From: Mobula birostris
Lineage: Eukaryota
Assembly: GCF_030028105.1 (NCBI RefSeq)
Contig: NC_092379.1
Location: forward strand, 26,157,821 to 26,221,820
Length of the DNA: 64,000 nt
Direction: 5' to 3'
The notes under the pieces were generated by a model. The model was not told where the DNA came from. It saw nothing but the letters and a program-made list of their open reading frames with translations, and ran no database searches. A program made the translations under genes and the position numbers. This document shows, piece by piece, positions 53,311-64,000 of the stretch. The number at the start of each line of letters is the position of its first letter. The stretch's first letter is position 1.

Positions 53311-54256
53311 GTTTCGATATATTTCATTGTTATGCTGCCGTAGGGGTAAAATAAATCGCGACACACGACGGTGATATTATACCTGATATTAATTCAAATT
53401 TTATTTTTCTCTCAAACTTGTATAATATCTGAAAAAGTGATAAAATCTCAAATTTACTTCTGACAAATGATAACGGGGTATAAACAGATATATGATCACC
53501 AGAAGGCGATAGGATATAGAAGAATAATTAGTTTATTTGAGCACATCCTGTCCACTCTGCCATTTCGCCATGTTCCTGCCCAATCTATTGACATCTCCAC
53601 GTATCCCTTCATGGAATGTTCTATCAAGCATCTATCAGAACCCCTCACGAAGTCCGTTGCAAAAGCTCACAGTTGGAAGTGATAGGGCATAATAATTACA
53701 AATTTCCTTGCATTTTAATGTTGCATATGCACTTTGCGGCACACGTTATGTGCGCTATTGATTTACTTGTTCAGTTGTTTGCCCGATTTGTTTCGCATAA
53801 TGAATATTTATTGATATTTCCTTGTGTTTCTTTTTTTTCTTGACTATTGTGCTTCTATCATTTTTGACTGCCTGCATGAAGATGAATCTGCAGATGGCAT
53901 GTCGTATACATACTAATAGTCGTTCACACTTTGAATATTTGAGGCATAGTTGTATTACATTATCGAACGGGCAATTCAGTGTGCAGAAGTTAAGCTGCTC
54001 GATGAACTGAACAGATGTGAATCTGTTAAAGCTGATTTAACAAGAGTAATAAACATCTGTTATCCTGTCTTTGCTAAATAAATGGATTGAGATGTATTCT
54101 CCATTCATACGCTAGTAGAAGAGAATACAATCTCTTGCCAAAGTTAAAACTGCAATACAACGACTGTCAATATTTATGTCCTCCAATTGTAGCAGTCTGC
54201 CCGACGCAAATACAGTTCATGCACGTTGCACGTGCGCTTTTACCACCTGCCCGTCC

Positions 54257-54321
<65 letters not shown>

Positions 54322-55206
54322 CAGTCACTCACTCCCTTTCGCTCACTCCTTCTCTCAATCTCTCTCTCACACGCTCACTCACACCTTTTCTTGCACTCAT
54401 TGTCTCTCACTATTTCTATGTTTATGACTTTCTATCTCATCTTTCCCTCTCATTCTCGCTCTCTATGCCCTTTTAACTTAGAGCCGTTGTTTCCATTTTC
54501 AATAGAGTTGTCACATTGGAACACCAACAAACCGATATACTAAAAACAGCATTCCATGCACTGCTGAGAAATTCAGACAGTATTTCTGAAAATATGAGGA
54601 GCTACGATTGATGGTGAAGCAAGGTCCAGAATGCACTCAGATTCAGTTTTGATAGAAAGAAGAAAACACAATAAAAATCCAAATGCTAGATCACAAACAC
54701 CAGTACTGAGGATGGAAGTCCCATGATTGAGCACTCAGTGCTGATCGTGAGGCCCCTGCTTACAGATTTACAATAACGCAAGTGGCAGGCAAAAACTAGC
54801 TGTCTGCGACTTAAATGTACAACGGCTGCAAACCTTACACCTGGGAAATAGATCGCTGGTACCTGGATACATGCCTTTGCCCGCCGGGAAAATGGGGCAT
54901 ATGAAGCTATTTCTTTTGTCTCAGTATCAGTTTACTGAGGTGTATCAGTGGGAGAACAGCTTGAAGTTGGCAGTAGATTTTTGAACCCATTACATTTCAG
55001 GTAGGATGGAACTTTATAAGTATTGTAGCTTCGTTAACTGTAAACTAATCTTTTAATTCGCTGCTCCTGTGCACTGTGAAATATTTTCTTTTCGACCATT
55101 TAATTTCAACGCCTCAGGGCGCCTATTGGAGTCAACACGCATGATAATCTTTACGTTTGTTTGTTTGTTTGTTTTAGCAGAGTGTGTATCTGTAATAAAA
55201 ACATTT

Positions 55207-56298
55207 GGCGTCATGGCACAAAGGTACTTGGCAGAATCAGACAGGAGAGCCAGGGTGTTTGTAAAAGTAACATGCCGACAACTTTTGTCTAATAAAGGGG
55301 GAGGATAAAATGGCAGCACGACGCAGCACGCGCGGCTGCTCCGAATTGATGTTGTATGTGTTACTATGGGCCGTGCACAATCCTGATGTGATGGAGACAG
55401 ACGGGAGAAGGACGGAGGAATACCAAATGCAAATTCTGAAATGCCTGCCTCGCTGCCGCTGCTTCTGTGCGACCGAGAATCTCCGGAGGGGCAAGCCCCA
55501 AATCCTCGGATTTTCCTATTGCCTGTTGCCGGGGCCGGATCGAAGCGCTCGGTGCTTGATGTAGGACGGCTTGTTGGAGGCTCGAAGTTTTCGGACGGAC
55601 TCAAGAATCGTCTGTGGTCGGGTGATTTCAGGCTGCTGCATCGGCAAGTTTGCGGCGCTGGAAGCTCACGGCCGGAAGAGTTTTTATTTTCCTTCCTTCT
55701 AACGTCTGCGTGAGATAATGGGACCTTCGAGAGACATTGAGTTTTTTTTTTATTTTCCGTGCCCATCGTCTGTTCTGCGTCACATTACGGTATTGCTTTG
55801 CACTGTTGTATCTATATGTTATAATTAAGTGGTGTTTGTCGGTTTTTTAGTCGGTTTGTCTTGTCATTCTGTGATATCATTCTGGAGGAAGATTATATCA
55901 TTTCCTAATGCACGCATTACTAAATGACAATAAAAGAGGACTGCGTGTCCTCATAATCTAAATCTATATCAGTACATATGCCCGGCAAATCGGGTGGATA
56001 GTCGTTCCTTGAAAACAGAGCTCAGAGTTTTCTTTTTTTCTGTAGAGATTTCGGCCTGTCACGGGAACATGAATGCACAGAATGCAGTAACACTATTGTC
56101 TGCAACAAAATAGGTTTAAGTAAGCAGTGTGGTTTGTAGTTTTCTGGTTACTAGCTGTTCGCCGCAATTTCCTGCAAAAAGCATAACACAATTAGAAATC
56201 TGAGGGTATGTCAAATCAGAGCGGTGTACATTAGATTCTTAATTGAAGACTCACCGGGTGTACGAAAATTGTATCTCAACAAGATGTGCGAAGTACAT
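55207..56298 (-). pseudogene. V4: pseudogene paralog of V3, interrupted in FR3
   Basis: 44-nt frameshifted leader 56298-56255 with a GTGAGT donor; acceptor 56172. V exon split by a ~670-bp insertion (~55292-55966). 3' part LLDKSCRHVTFT...SDSAKYLCAMT; heptamer destroyed (AAATGTT). Confidence 0.8.
55292..55966. mobile_element. Unclassified ~670-bp repeat inserted in the V4 exon
   Basis: Breaks the alignment with V3 between the RFSV and LLD codons; ends in an (aatcta) tail. Confidence 0.55.
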
Positions 56299-57523
56299 GG
56301 TGTTGTCTTCAATGGCAGATAACCGAACGTGTTCAAGTCTATGTAAGAGAAAACACATTTCAAACATGTTAGTTTCGTGCTGCATATAGATGGCGTGTTC
56401 TGATTCAGGATTGGGCTTTCACAATAGTGAGTATGGTTTGGAGCGTAAGTACAACTAAAAATGTCCTCTCTTACTCTAGCGATTAACAATTGACAGATAA
56501 ATGCATGACAGATTTTCTCTCGTTGTCTCGTCTGCTTCACGAAATAGGTAATATGAAAATAAACATTTATTACTGGAGGCTTGTCGTGTGGATTAGTTTA
56601 CCTGTCTGAAGAAAGCTGCTTCTACTGTGCCNNNNNNNNNNNNNNNNNNNNNNNNNNNNNNNNNNNNNNNNNNNNNNNNNNNNNNNNNNNNNNNNNNNNN
56701 NNNNNNNNNNNNNNNNNNNNNNNNNNNNNNNNNNNNNNNNNNNNNNNNNNNNNNNNNNNNNNNNNNNNNNNNNNNNNNNNNNNNNNTCTATGCATTTGAA
56801 TACAAAACGTTGTTTCCATTTTAAGTACAGTTGGCGCATTCTAGAAGAAACAATGCTACATGACCAAAAACAGCACTCAACGCACTGCAGTGGACTACAA
56901 CTCCGGCCATGTAAGAGGAAATATGAAATTATATATTGTAACGAGAGAGCTATCTTGGTGGTGACGCGAATTGCAGAGCCAGATCTAGTATTAACTCAGA
57001 CTCAGACTCGATATAAACAAGAAATCATAACCGAAATCCAAATACTAGGTAACAGACATTAGAACTGGGAATGAAAGTCCCATGACTGAGCACCGAGTGA
57101 TCATCGTGAGGCCCTTAACTACAGCTTTTCCATGAAGTAATGTGCAGACAATTATTGGCAGTCTGGGTATTAAAAGTACGGCAGCAGTCCCCATACTCCG
57201 GGTAATTGTTCCGCCGAAACCTAAACACATGCCACTGTTCTATTTGTACCAAGACATGTATGAGACAATTTGTGTTGGCCCAATGTTCCATGACCGAGAT
57301 GAATCAGTTGTTCAACTAGTTGCATTCAGCAGCAGATTTTGATCCCTGTGACATTTCTGATTGCAGGGAACATTGTCAGTGTTATTGCTTTGCTCATGTT
57401 AAACGACAGTTTTAATTCCCTGCAACTGTATACACCCGAATGCTTCTTCTTTCTTTTTTTTTTCCAATAAGCTAGATTTAACGTGTCAGTGCACCCTCTG
57501 CAGACAACAGGTTTGATTCACTG

Positions 57524-57561
57524 GGTTTTTGTGCGGGTCTGTAGCTGTTCTGAACTATGTG
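57524..57561 (-). promoter_or_regulatory. RSS of V5 (22-bp spacer)
   Basis: CACATAG + 22 nt + perfect ACAAAAACC. Confidence 0.85.
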
Positions 57562-58137
57562 AACGTCAAAGCACAAAGATACGTGGCGGAATCTGAAACA
57601 AAAGCCCGGGAGATGCTGAAAAATTAAAAAAAAAATAAATACCGACCACTTCTGTCTTATAGAACAGAAAACCTATCTGGAAAATCGGGAGATCGTTCCT
57701 CGAAATCAGTGCTGAGGTTTTTTTTCTAATTTGAGTGTACCAGAAAGCAGTACCACGGTCGGAAAATGCGGAATAGGAATGGGAATAGGAAGGAACCGTT
57801 TGTCCCGTCTCAGCCGTCAGTTCAGATGGATAGATAGATAGATATAAGCTATTATTCCCGAGGGAAATTGGGTTTCGTTACAGCCGCACCAAACAAGAAT
57901 AGAGCATAAATATAGCAATACAAACACCACAAACAATCAAACAACAAAATGCAAACTATGCCAGATAGAAATAAGTCCAGGACTAACCTATTGGCTCAGG
58001 GTGTCTGACACAGTTCTCTACGACACAGTTAGTACTGTGAGGCTAAATGAAAACCACATGGTGCACAGTGTATTCTTAATTTTGCACCCACTTGGAAGCA
58101 CGATAATAACTCTCATGACCAGATGTGCGAAGCACAT
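57562..58137 (-). pseudogene. V5: pseudogene paralog of V3
   Basis: Intact 46-nt leader MCFAHLVMRVIIVLP (58137-58092) with a GTGGGT donor. V exon has AFWYTQ and DSATYLCALT, but also an FR2 deletion, a T-rich insertion, loss of the C23 region and a repeat insertion at ~57826-58010. Confidence 0.8.
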
Positions 58138-60048
58138 CCTGTTGTCTTGAAGGTAGATAACTTAACGTGTTCAAGTTTATATATAGGAACACAGCTGAAA
58201 AGGGGTGATTTTATCTTGCCCAGAAATGGCATTCTCCTCGTTCGGGATTGGCGTTTCACAAAGATATGACAGGTTTGGCACAAATCATTGTCGTCTACGT
58301 CATTTGATGCATGTAAATAGGAGGTGAATTTATATTTTTAACGTACCACAAAATATCGGATGCAATCACAAGTAGCCGAAGTGTAAGTATAGCTATTTAC
58401 ATTTTGCACTTTCACTGTCGTTATTAACATGGGGAAGTGCCGCATGAAGAAGTATCTCTGTCTCTCTTNNNNNNNNNNNNNNNNNNNNNNNNNNNNNNNN
58501 NNNNNNNNNNNNNNNNNNNNNNNNNNNNNNNNNNNNNNNNNNNNNNNNNNNNNNNNNNNNNNNNNNNNNNNNNNNNNNNNNNNNNNNNNNNNNNNNNNNN
58601 NNNNNNNNNNNNNNNNNNNNNNNNNNNNNNNNNNNNNNNNNNNNNATAACATGAGAATAAAAAGCAATTCTTGGGACCTTGTCATGTTGAGTTAGCGTAC
58701 TTGTCCTTCGATATCTTCCTGTACCTCCTGTACTGTGTCGGTCATGATTGACTCATTCGAAATATGCAGATTCTCTGTCCTATTGGTCGCCTTGCGTTTA
58801 TCTGCAAGATACTCGCTTTCACAGTGAGGTCGCGAGCAGTGCTGAATAACAATCCAAAAATTAATCTTTAGAGATAAGGGAGCAAACGAGCACTCTCAGC
58901 AATGCATCGAGCTTGCAAAAGAGTTAGTTCTGTCTTCTCTGTAACGTGGGGGACTTCGACGTCTGTTCGAATCCTTCACTGCTTATAAATGAATGATTTA
59001 AGTGCTTATTCAGAGTCAATGTCTTCTGTCTCACTCATCACACCTGTGTTCGGTCTTCACAGTACAGTGTAATTACATGCAATGATTAATGAAACCTGCA
59101 ACGACTGTGTGCTAAATATATTCTATATTGAAAAATGCAGAAATATTCAGCAAATCGGCATGTAATGCCTAATACAAGAGTATAAATTTAAGATGTTAAT
59201 ATACTTTAACATGTGAGAACTCTGATGTAAGGACATTTTGTTTTTATTTCTCTCCCTCTCTCTCTTGCTCTTTATTTCTATCTATCTATCTATTTATTTC
59301 TCTCACTTTTTCATTCTCTTTCACTATGCATTTCCGATTGAAAACCATTATTTCCATTTTCAGTAGAGTTGTCCCATCGTAACAACAGCAAAGCTGGATA
59401 CGAACAACAGAATTCCATGGACTGCAGTGAAATCAAAACAAACAGCGGGTCATATTACAGGAAAGATGCGACTATCCATTGTAACGAGACAACTATGATT
59501 GGTGGTAAAGCCAAGTGCAGAGCAAGGTGTAGTAATAACTCAGACTCAGACATCATATAAACATGAAATCATAACCGAATTGTTAGATCACAACCATGAG
59601 CACTATGAATGGACATCCCATGTTTGGCACACCGAGCTCATCGTGAGCCACTTAACCACAGATTTTCCACGAAATAATGTAACAGACAATAATTGGCTGT
59701 CCGGGTCTTAAATATACAGCAGCAGGTAACAGTACAGCAGAGAATTGGAGCGCCGAGAGTAGGACGCATGCCGTTGTTTAGTAAGAACCATGGCTTATAT
59801 AAAGACATTTATTTTGGCTTAATTTTGGATTATCGAGGTTGAACAGGTTGAAATGAGCAGCGAATTTTCGTCTCCAACGACATTTTAGATCATAGGGAAC
59901 TTTGTTACTATTATAGCTATTCTGATCGTAAAAAAAAACTGTTATAATTCGCTGCTCCTATGCACGCTTAACTATTTCTTCTTTTCTATCGATCAGCCTA
60001 GTTCAACGCGATTGTGCGCCCATTGGAGACAACACGCTGGATCGTCTG

Positions 60049-60087
60049 CATTTTTGTCTGGATCTATCGCTTTTATAAACCAATGTG
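60049..60087 (-). promoter_or_regulatory. 23-bp-spacer RSS of V3
   Basis: CACATTG + 23 nt + ACAAAAATG. Confidence 0.92.
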
Positions 60088-60400
60088 GGCATCATACCAC
60101 AAAGATAGATGGCAGAATCGAAGACGAGAGCTCCGGCGATTGTTAAGGTCACATGCCGACTACCTGTATCTAATAGAACCGAAAATCTGTCTGGGGAATC
60201 GGGAGATCCTTCCTCGAAACCACTGCTGAGTTTTTTTTTTATTAGAAAATTCGGCCATGTTCCGGAAAACTGAGTGCACCAGAAAGCAGTTGTGCTGTCG
60301 TTAGCTGCGGAGTAGTTGCAGTTGAGGTTTACCATTTCCCCTTCCTCAGCCGTTAATACAACCGGTTTCTGGGATAGTGGCTCCTCCTCGCCGCAAGCTC
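60088..60400 (-). CDS. TCR alpha/delta-like V exon V3, open frame, probably functional
   Basis: (G)ACGEEEPLSQKPVVLTAEEGEMVNLNCNYSAANDSTTAFWCTQFSGTWPNFLIKKKLSSGFEEGSPDSPDRFSVLLDTGSRHVTLTIAGALVFDSAIYLCGMM. C23, W41 and C104 are present. Confidence 0.88.
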
Positions 60401-60485
60401 CTGGAACAAAAATATAGCGCAAGTAGCAGTCTGCGTGTAAAACACATCCGAGGAGCGCACATTGGATTCGTAATTATAGACCCAC

Positions 60486-60531
60486 CTGGACTTACGAGAA
60501 TTACTATCACGACAAGATGTGCCAAGTCCAT
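60486..60531 (-). CDS. V3 leader exon (MDLAHLVVIVILVSP+G)
   Basis: 46-nt exon, phase-1 GTGGGT donor, and an 85-bp intron to ttccag at 60401. Confidence 0.9.
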
Positions 60532-60706
60532 GGTGTTGTCCTGAAGGCAGATGATTTAAAGCGTACGTGTCTGTGTGTGAGAACACACGGCGCAAATCTG
60601 ATTGCTTTATTTTGCAGATAGTTGTCATTCTGCTACTTCTCGATTGGCCTGTCACTCAGATAAGACAGGTTTAGCACAAATCACCTTCACCTATATCATG
60701 TGATTC

Positions 60707-60712
60707 ACGTCA
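60707..60712 (-). promoter_or_regulatory. CRE/ATF-like TGACGT in the V3 promoter (conserved at 58297-58302 for V5)
   Basis: Same motif 160-176 bp upstream of the ATG in two paralogs. CRE-type elements are known in TCR V promoters. Confidence 0.5.
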
Positions 60713-61774
60713 TTCCGAGGTGATTTTCGATTCCCAATATACAAAATATCAGAACAAGTCAGCAAATAGCTGGAGAGTAGGTATTGCTCATTAACATAAC
60801 CGCTTTTACTTTGGTGATTGAAATCTGCAAATACTGCATGAAGGATTCTCTCGCTTACTCGTTTGCGTCAGAGAAGAGAGGATATTCTTGAGACCTTGCA
60901 ATGTGGGGTTAGTTAAAATGTCTGCAGCAAGCAGCTTCTAATGGGGCGTACATCCACGGACCCTGTTGAAGCATACTGTATCTCTTTGACATCGGCTGTC
61001 TTGTGAGCCACGGCTCGGGAGTTCGGTTTCAGTCGGGTTTGCATGGGCTTCCAGTCACTCATTTTGACACTGATGTCGTGGCCAGTGCCAAAGAACAATT
61101 GGTAACTTTATCTTCGGCGTTATGCGAGACCACGAGCAGTCTTTGCCGTGCAGCTGCTTGCTGAACATTTTATGTCATAGTTTGTGTAACGTGGTGGATT
61201 TCGATCTGTGTTCCAGTATTTAACTGCTTCTAAGAAAGGATTGATATGCTTATTCGTAATCAGTGCCTTCTCCACCGCTCATCAAACCCGTGCCCCTGTT
61301 TCCATATTAGAGATCTGAAATAAATATTGGAACAAGCACCGACATTTGGTTGTGCACAGTGTATTTAGCAAAACTCAGAAAATATTTAGCAAGTCGGCAG
61401 GAAATGTCTGATGTAAATTTATGATGTGAATATTATTTAACGTTTGAAATAACGGTTGTAGGGATGTTAATTCTCAACTGCTCGCCGCAACCCCCCGCCC
61501 CCCACCCCGTCTCTCTCTCTGGTTCTCTATTTCGAAGATATTGTAAGATCCACTATGTCTAACAGGTTTGTCATAGACGCAGTCTGCCGCACTACAGCTC
61601 TGTCTCTATCTCTCGCATTAAAGTGCAGGAAATATTAAATGACATTATTCGAGATCACTGCCACATCATTTTCTTTGCAGGAATGCGTAGGTTATACCAT
61701 CCATTGCCAGACATTCAAGAAAGTAGCTTCGGGATACATAGTCTAAAATCCCCTCAGATGGAACAATTTACTAC

Positions 61775-62770
61775 ATTGTGTGCCACAAGGATCAGTGCTG
61801 GGTCCATTGTTATTTGTCATCTATATCAATAATCTGGATGATAATGTGGTAAATTGGATTAGCAAATTTGCTGATGACACAAAGATTGGAGGTGTGGTGG
61901 ACAGTGAGGAAAGTTTTCAAAGCTTGCAGAGGGATTTGGACCAGGTGGAAAAAATGTGCTGGAAAATGGCAGATGTAGTTTAATGCAGACAAGTGTGAGT
62001 TTTTGCACTTTGGAAGGACAAACCAAGGTAGAACATACAGGGTTAATGGTAAGACACTGAGGAGTGCAGTATGACAGAGGGATATGGTAATAGAGGTACA
62101 CAATTCCCTAAAAGTGGCGTCACCGGTAGATAGGGTCGTAAAGAGAGTTTTCGGTACATTAGCCTTTATTAATCAAAGTATTGAGAATAAGAGCTGAAAT
62201 ATGATGATGAGGTTGTATGAAGCATTGGTGAGGAAGAATTTGGAGTATTGTGTTCAGTTTTGGTCACCCAGTTACAGGAAGAACATTAATAAGGTTGAGA
62301 GAGTGCAGAGAAGGTTTACAAGAATGTTGCCAGGAATTGAAAAACACAGTCACAGAGCAAGGTTGAATAGGTTAGGGCTTTATTCCCTGGAGCGTAGCAG
62401 AATGAGGGGAAATTTGATAGTGGCATATAAAATTATGATGGGTACAGACAGAATGAATACAAGCAGGTTTTGTTTTCCACTGAGGCAAGGGAAGAAAAAA
62501 CAGAGGAGATGGGGGGAAAGTATAAAGGGAGCATTAAGGGAGGCTTCTTCTTTACACAGAGAGTGGCGGGACTGTGGAATGAGCTGCCAGACGACGTGGT
62601 AAATGCGGGCTCTTTTTTTTTAACATTTCAGAATAAATTGGACAGATACATGGATGGGAGGTATATGGAGGGATATTGTCCGTGTACAGGTCAGTGGGAC
62701 CAGGCAGAAAATTTTTCGGCAGAGCCAAGAAATTCCAAAAGGCCTGTTTCTGTGCTGTAGTTTTTCTATG
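61775..62770 (+). mobile_element. CR1 LINE 3' RT half and UTR
   Basis: PQGSVLGPLLFVIYINNLD..KFADDTKIGG and MRLYEALVR..LEYCVQFWSP. Confidence 0.9.
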
Positions 62771-64000
62771 GTTTCTATGATAAGCCGGAAGAACAAAATG
62801 GAGATGTAAATTGTTACCCATTTTACAGTAATAAAGTGAATTCGAAGACGTTATATTGAAACGACGTTATATTGAAACGATTGTATTTGAAGTATTAAGT
62901 TTTTGAGAAGGAAGTACGTCAAGTTCATTTATAATAAATAATTAATAGTAATATTTGTTCTCGAATTTGTCTGCGGAATAGTAGTGAGATCTCTTCCAGA
63001 TGATAATCTACAGTTGTGAACAGATATTCGTATAACAGCGGCAACAATGATACAAAGATTGAATTTAGAGAACACCTTTCCCAGAAAACATGCAGGAAAG
63101 CAGCGTCGAACCGAGACTCAATTAATCAACAACTGCATCACCGATGCTTCAATTTGCAGAATTTGTGTGGGCAATTCCTGCTCCAATTTCTTCGTTTTAC
63201 TTTTTAAATGCAGGACGCTGGCGTCTTCTGCATTAATGGCAAATATCTGAATGTACGGAAGATGACTACAATGTCAGTAAGAATTGGAATGCATATAATG
63301 GTACACTACTGTTCTCTGTTCTAAGAAAAAAAAACATTAACCTAATTCAAAGAGAGTCGCGGGAGTCGGTAAGTGTGTCCCGTTTCGCGTTTCCTTACTG
63401 TGAGGCACACGCATATCACGTGTTTGCACAATGACGTGTGACGTTCACGTATATGCATATAACTGCTAATATATTATTTAATCGAAGCAGAATGGTTAAG
63501 CAAACTATGTGCATACACATTATTACTGACATATTATTGAAATATTTTATGCACAGCACCAGCATTTTGAAAATTTGAGGGCAGATTTACTGCACCCTGC
63601 CACGGCCTTCGGCTACGGGACATTTTCCTGCAGTGAACTGCTACAAAAATCGTTGCTGTGGGTGCAACTAGTTCAGTGGTCTTCTTATTGTAACTGACCA
63701 TAACTGCATTAGCGATTGGGGGACAAAATTTCAATTCGAGCATGTATTAGCAGTTTTCAGAAGGAAAACAAGAGATTGCGAAGATTTATTCCTGGATCAA
63801 ATAACGAGTTACATGTGGTACATGGAATATAATATGAATAACGGGGATGTCATATACTGCCGATGGAAAAAAATGAAAACACTTTTTAATTTGGTTTGAT
63901 AGAAACTTAGATATATGGCAGTGTAATTGATCTCAGAGCCAATCGTCGAACTCGAATTACTCCATCAGAAACAACAAGGAATTAGGAAAACATTATGAAG

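Noticed and set aside
55072-55078. CACTGTG/CACAGTG heptamers at 55072, 58822 and 61356 and within repeats
   Set aside because: No matching nonamer at 12 or 23 bp and no adjacent coding segment.
55069-55766. Long ORFs 55053-55766 (237 aa) and overlapping ones as genes
   Set aside because: They are chimeras of the inserted repeat and the V4 3' fragment.
56581-58695. ORFs containing X runs
   Set aside because: They span assembly N gaps.
63534-63743. Minus-strand TAT(Y)FC-like motif
   Set aside because: It needs a frameshift, has no RSS and conflicts with the plus-strand reading.
1-64000. D, J or C segments, a NAR-TCR V-D-J cassette, or IgH-type V (WIRQ..GLEW)
   Set aside because: I found no FGxG J with a 12-RSS, no doubly flanked D, no C1-set exon and no VH framework motifs by eye.
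1-64000. rRNA, tRNA genes or CRISPR arrays
   Set aside because: None seen; this is eukaryotic DNA, and the tRNA-like bits belong to SINEs or a primer-binding site.

Overview
Repeat-dense vertebrate genomic DNA, most likely from a cartilaginous fish and probably a ray (inferred from the repeat families and V-gene style, not from a database match). There are three N gaps. The main host content is part of a T-cell receptor alpha/delta-like variable-gene cluster, found by reading the sequence for leader exon / short intron / V exon / recombination signal (RSS) structure. V1 (minus, 23964-23506) has an open frame, leader and a 23-bp RSS but carries C23->Y and W41->F. V2 (plus, 40908-41213) has a single 1-nt frameshift and the opposite orientation. 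A tandem family of three related minus-strand V genes lies at 54.5-61.6 kb: V3 is intact, V4 and V5 are pseudogenes. More eroded leader/V relics sit at 31-33 kb. No D, J or C segments, IgH-type V or NAR-TCR cassette were recognised. The rest is mostly decayed mobile DNA: many CR1 LINEs, an L1, a Gmr1-like Gypsy element (integrase before RT), a second internally deleted Gypsy, a HERO-like RLE retrotransposon, Tc1, Penelope-like and Rex/Babar pieces, and a possible endogenous-retrovirus env relic. No clearly new biological system is demonstrated. The most interesting items are the non-canonical but structurally intact V genes.
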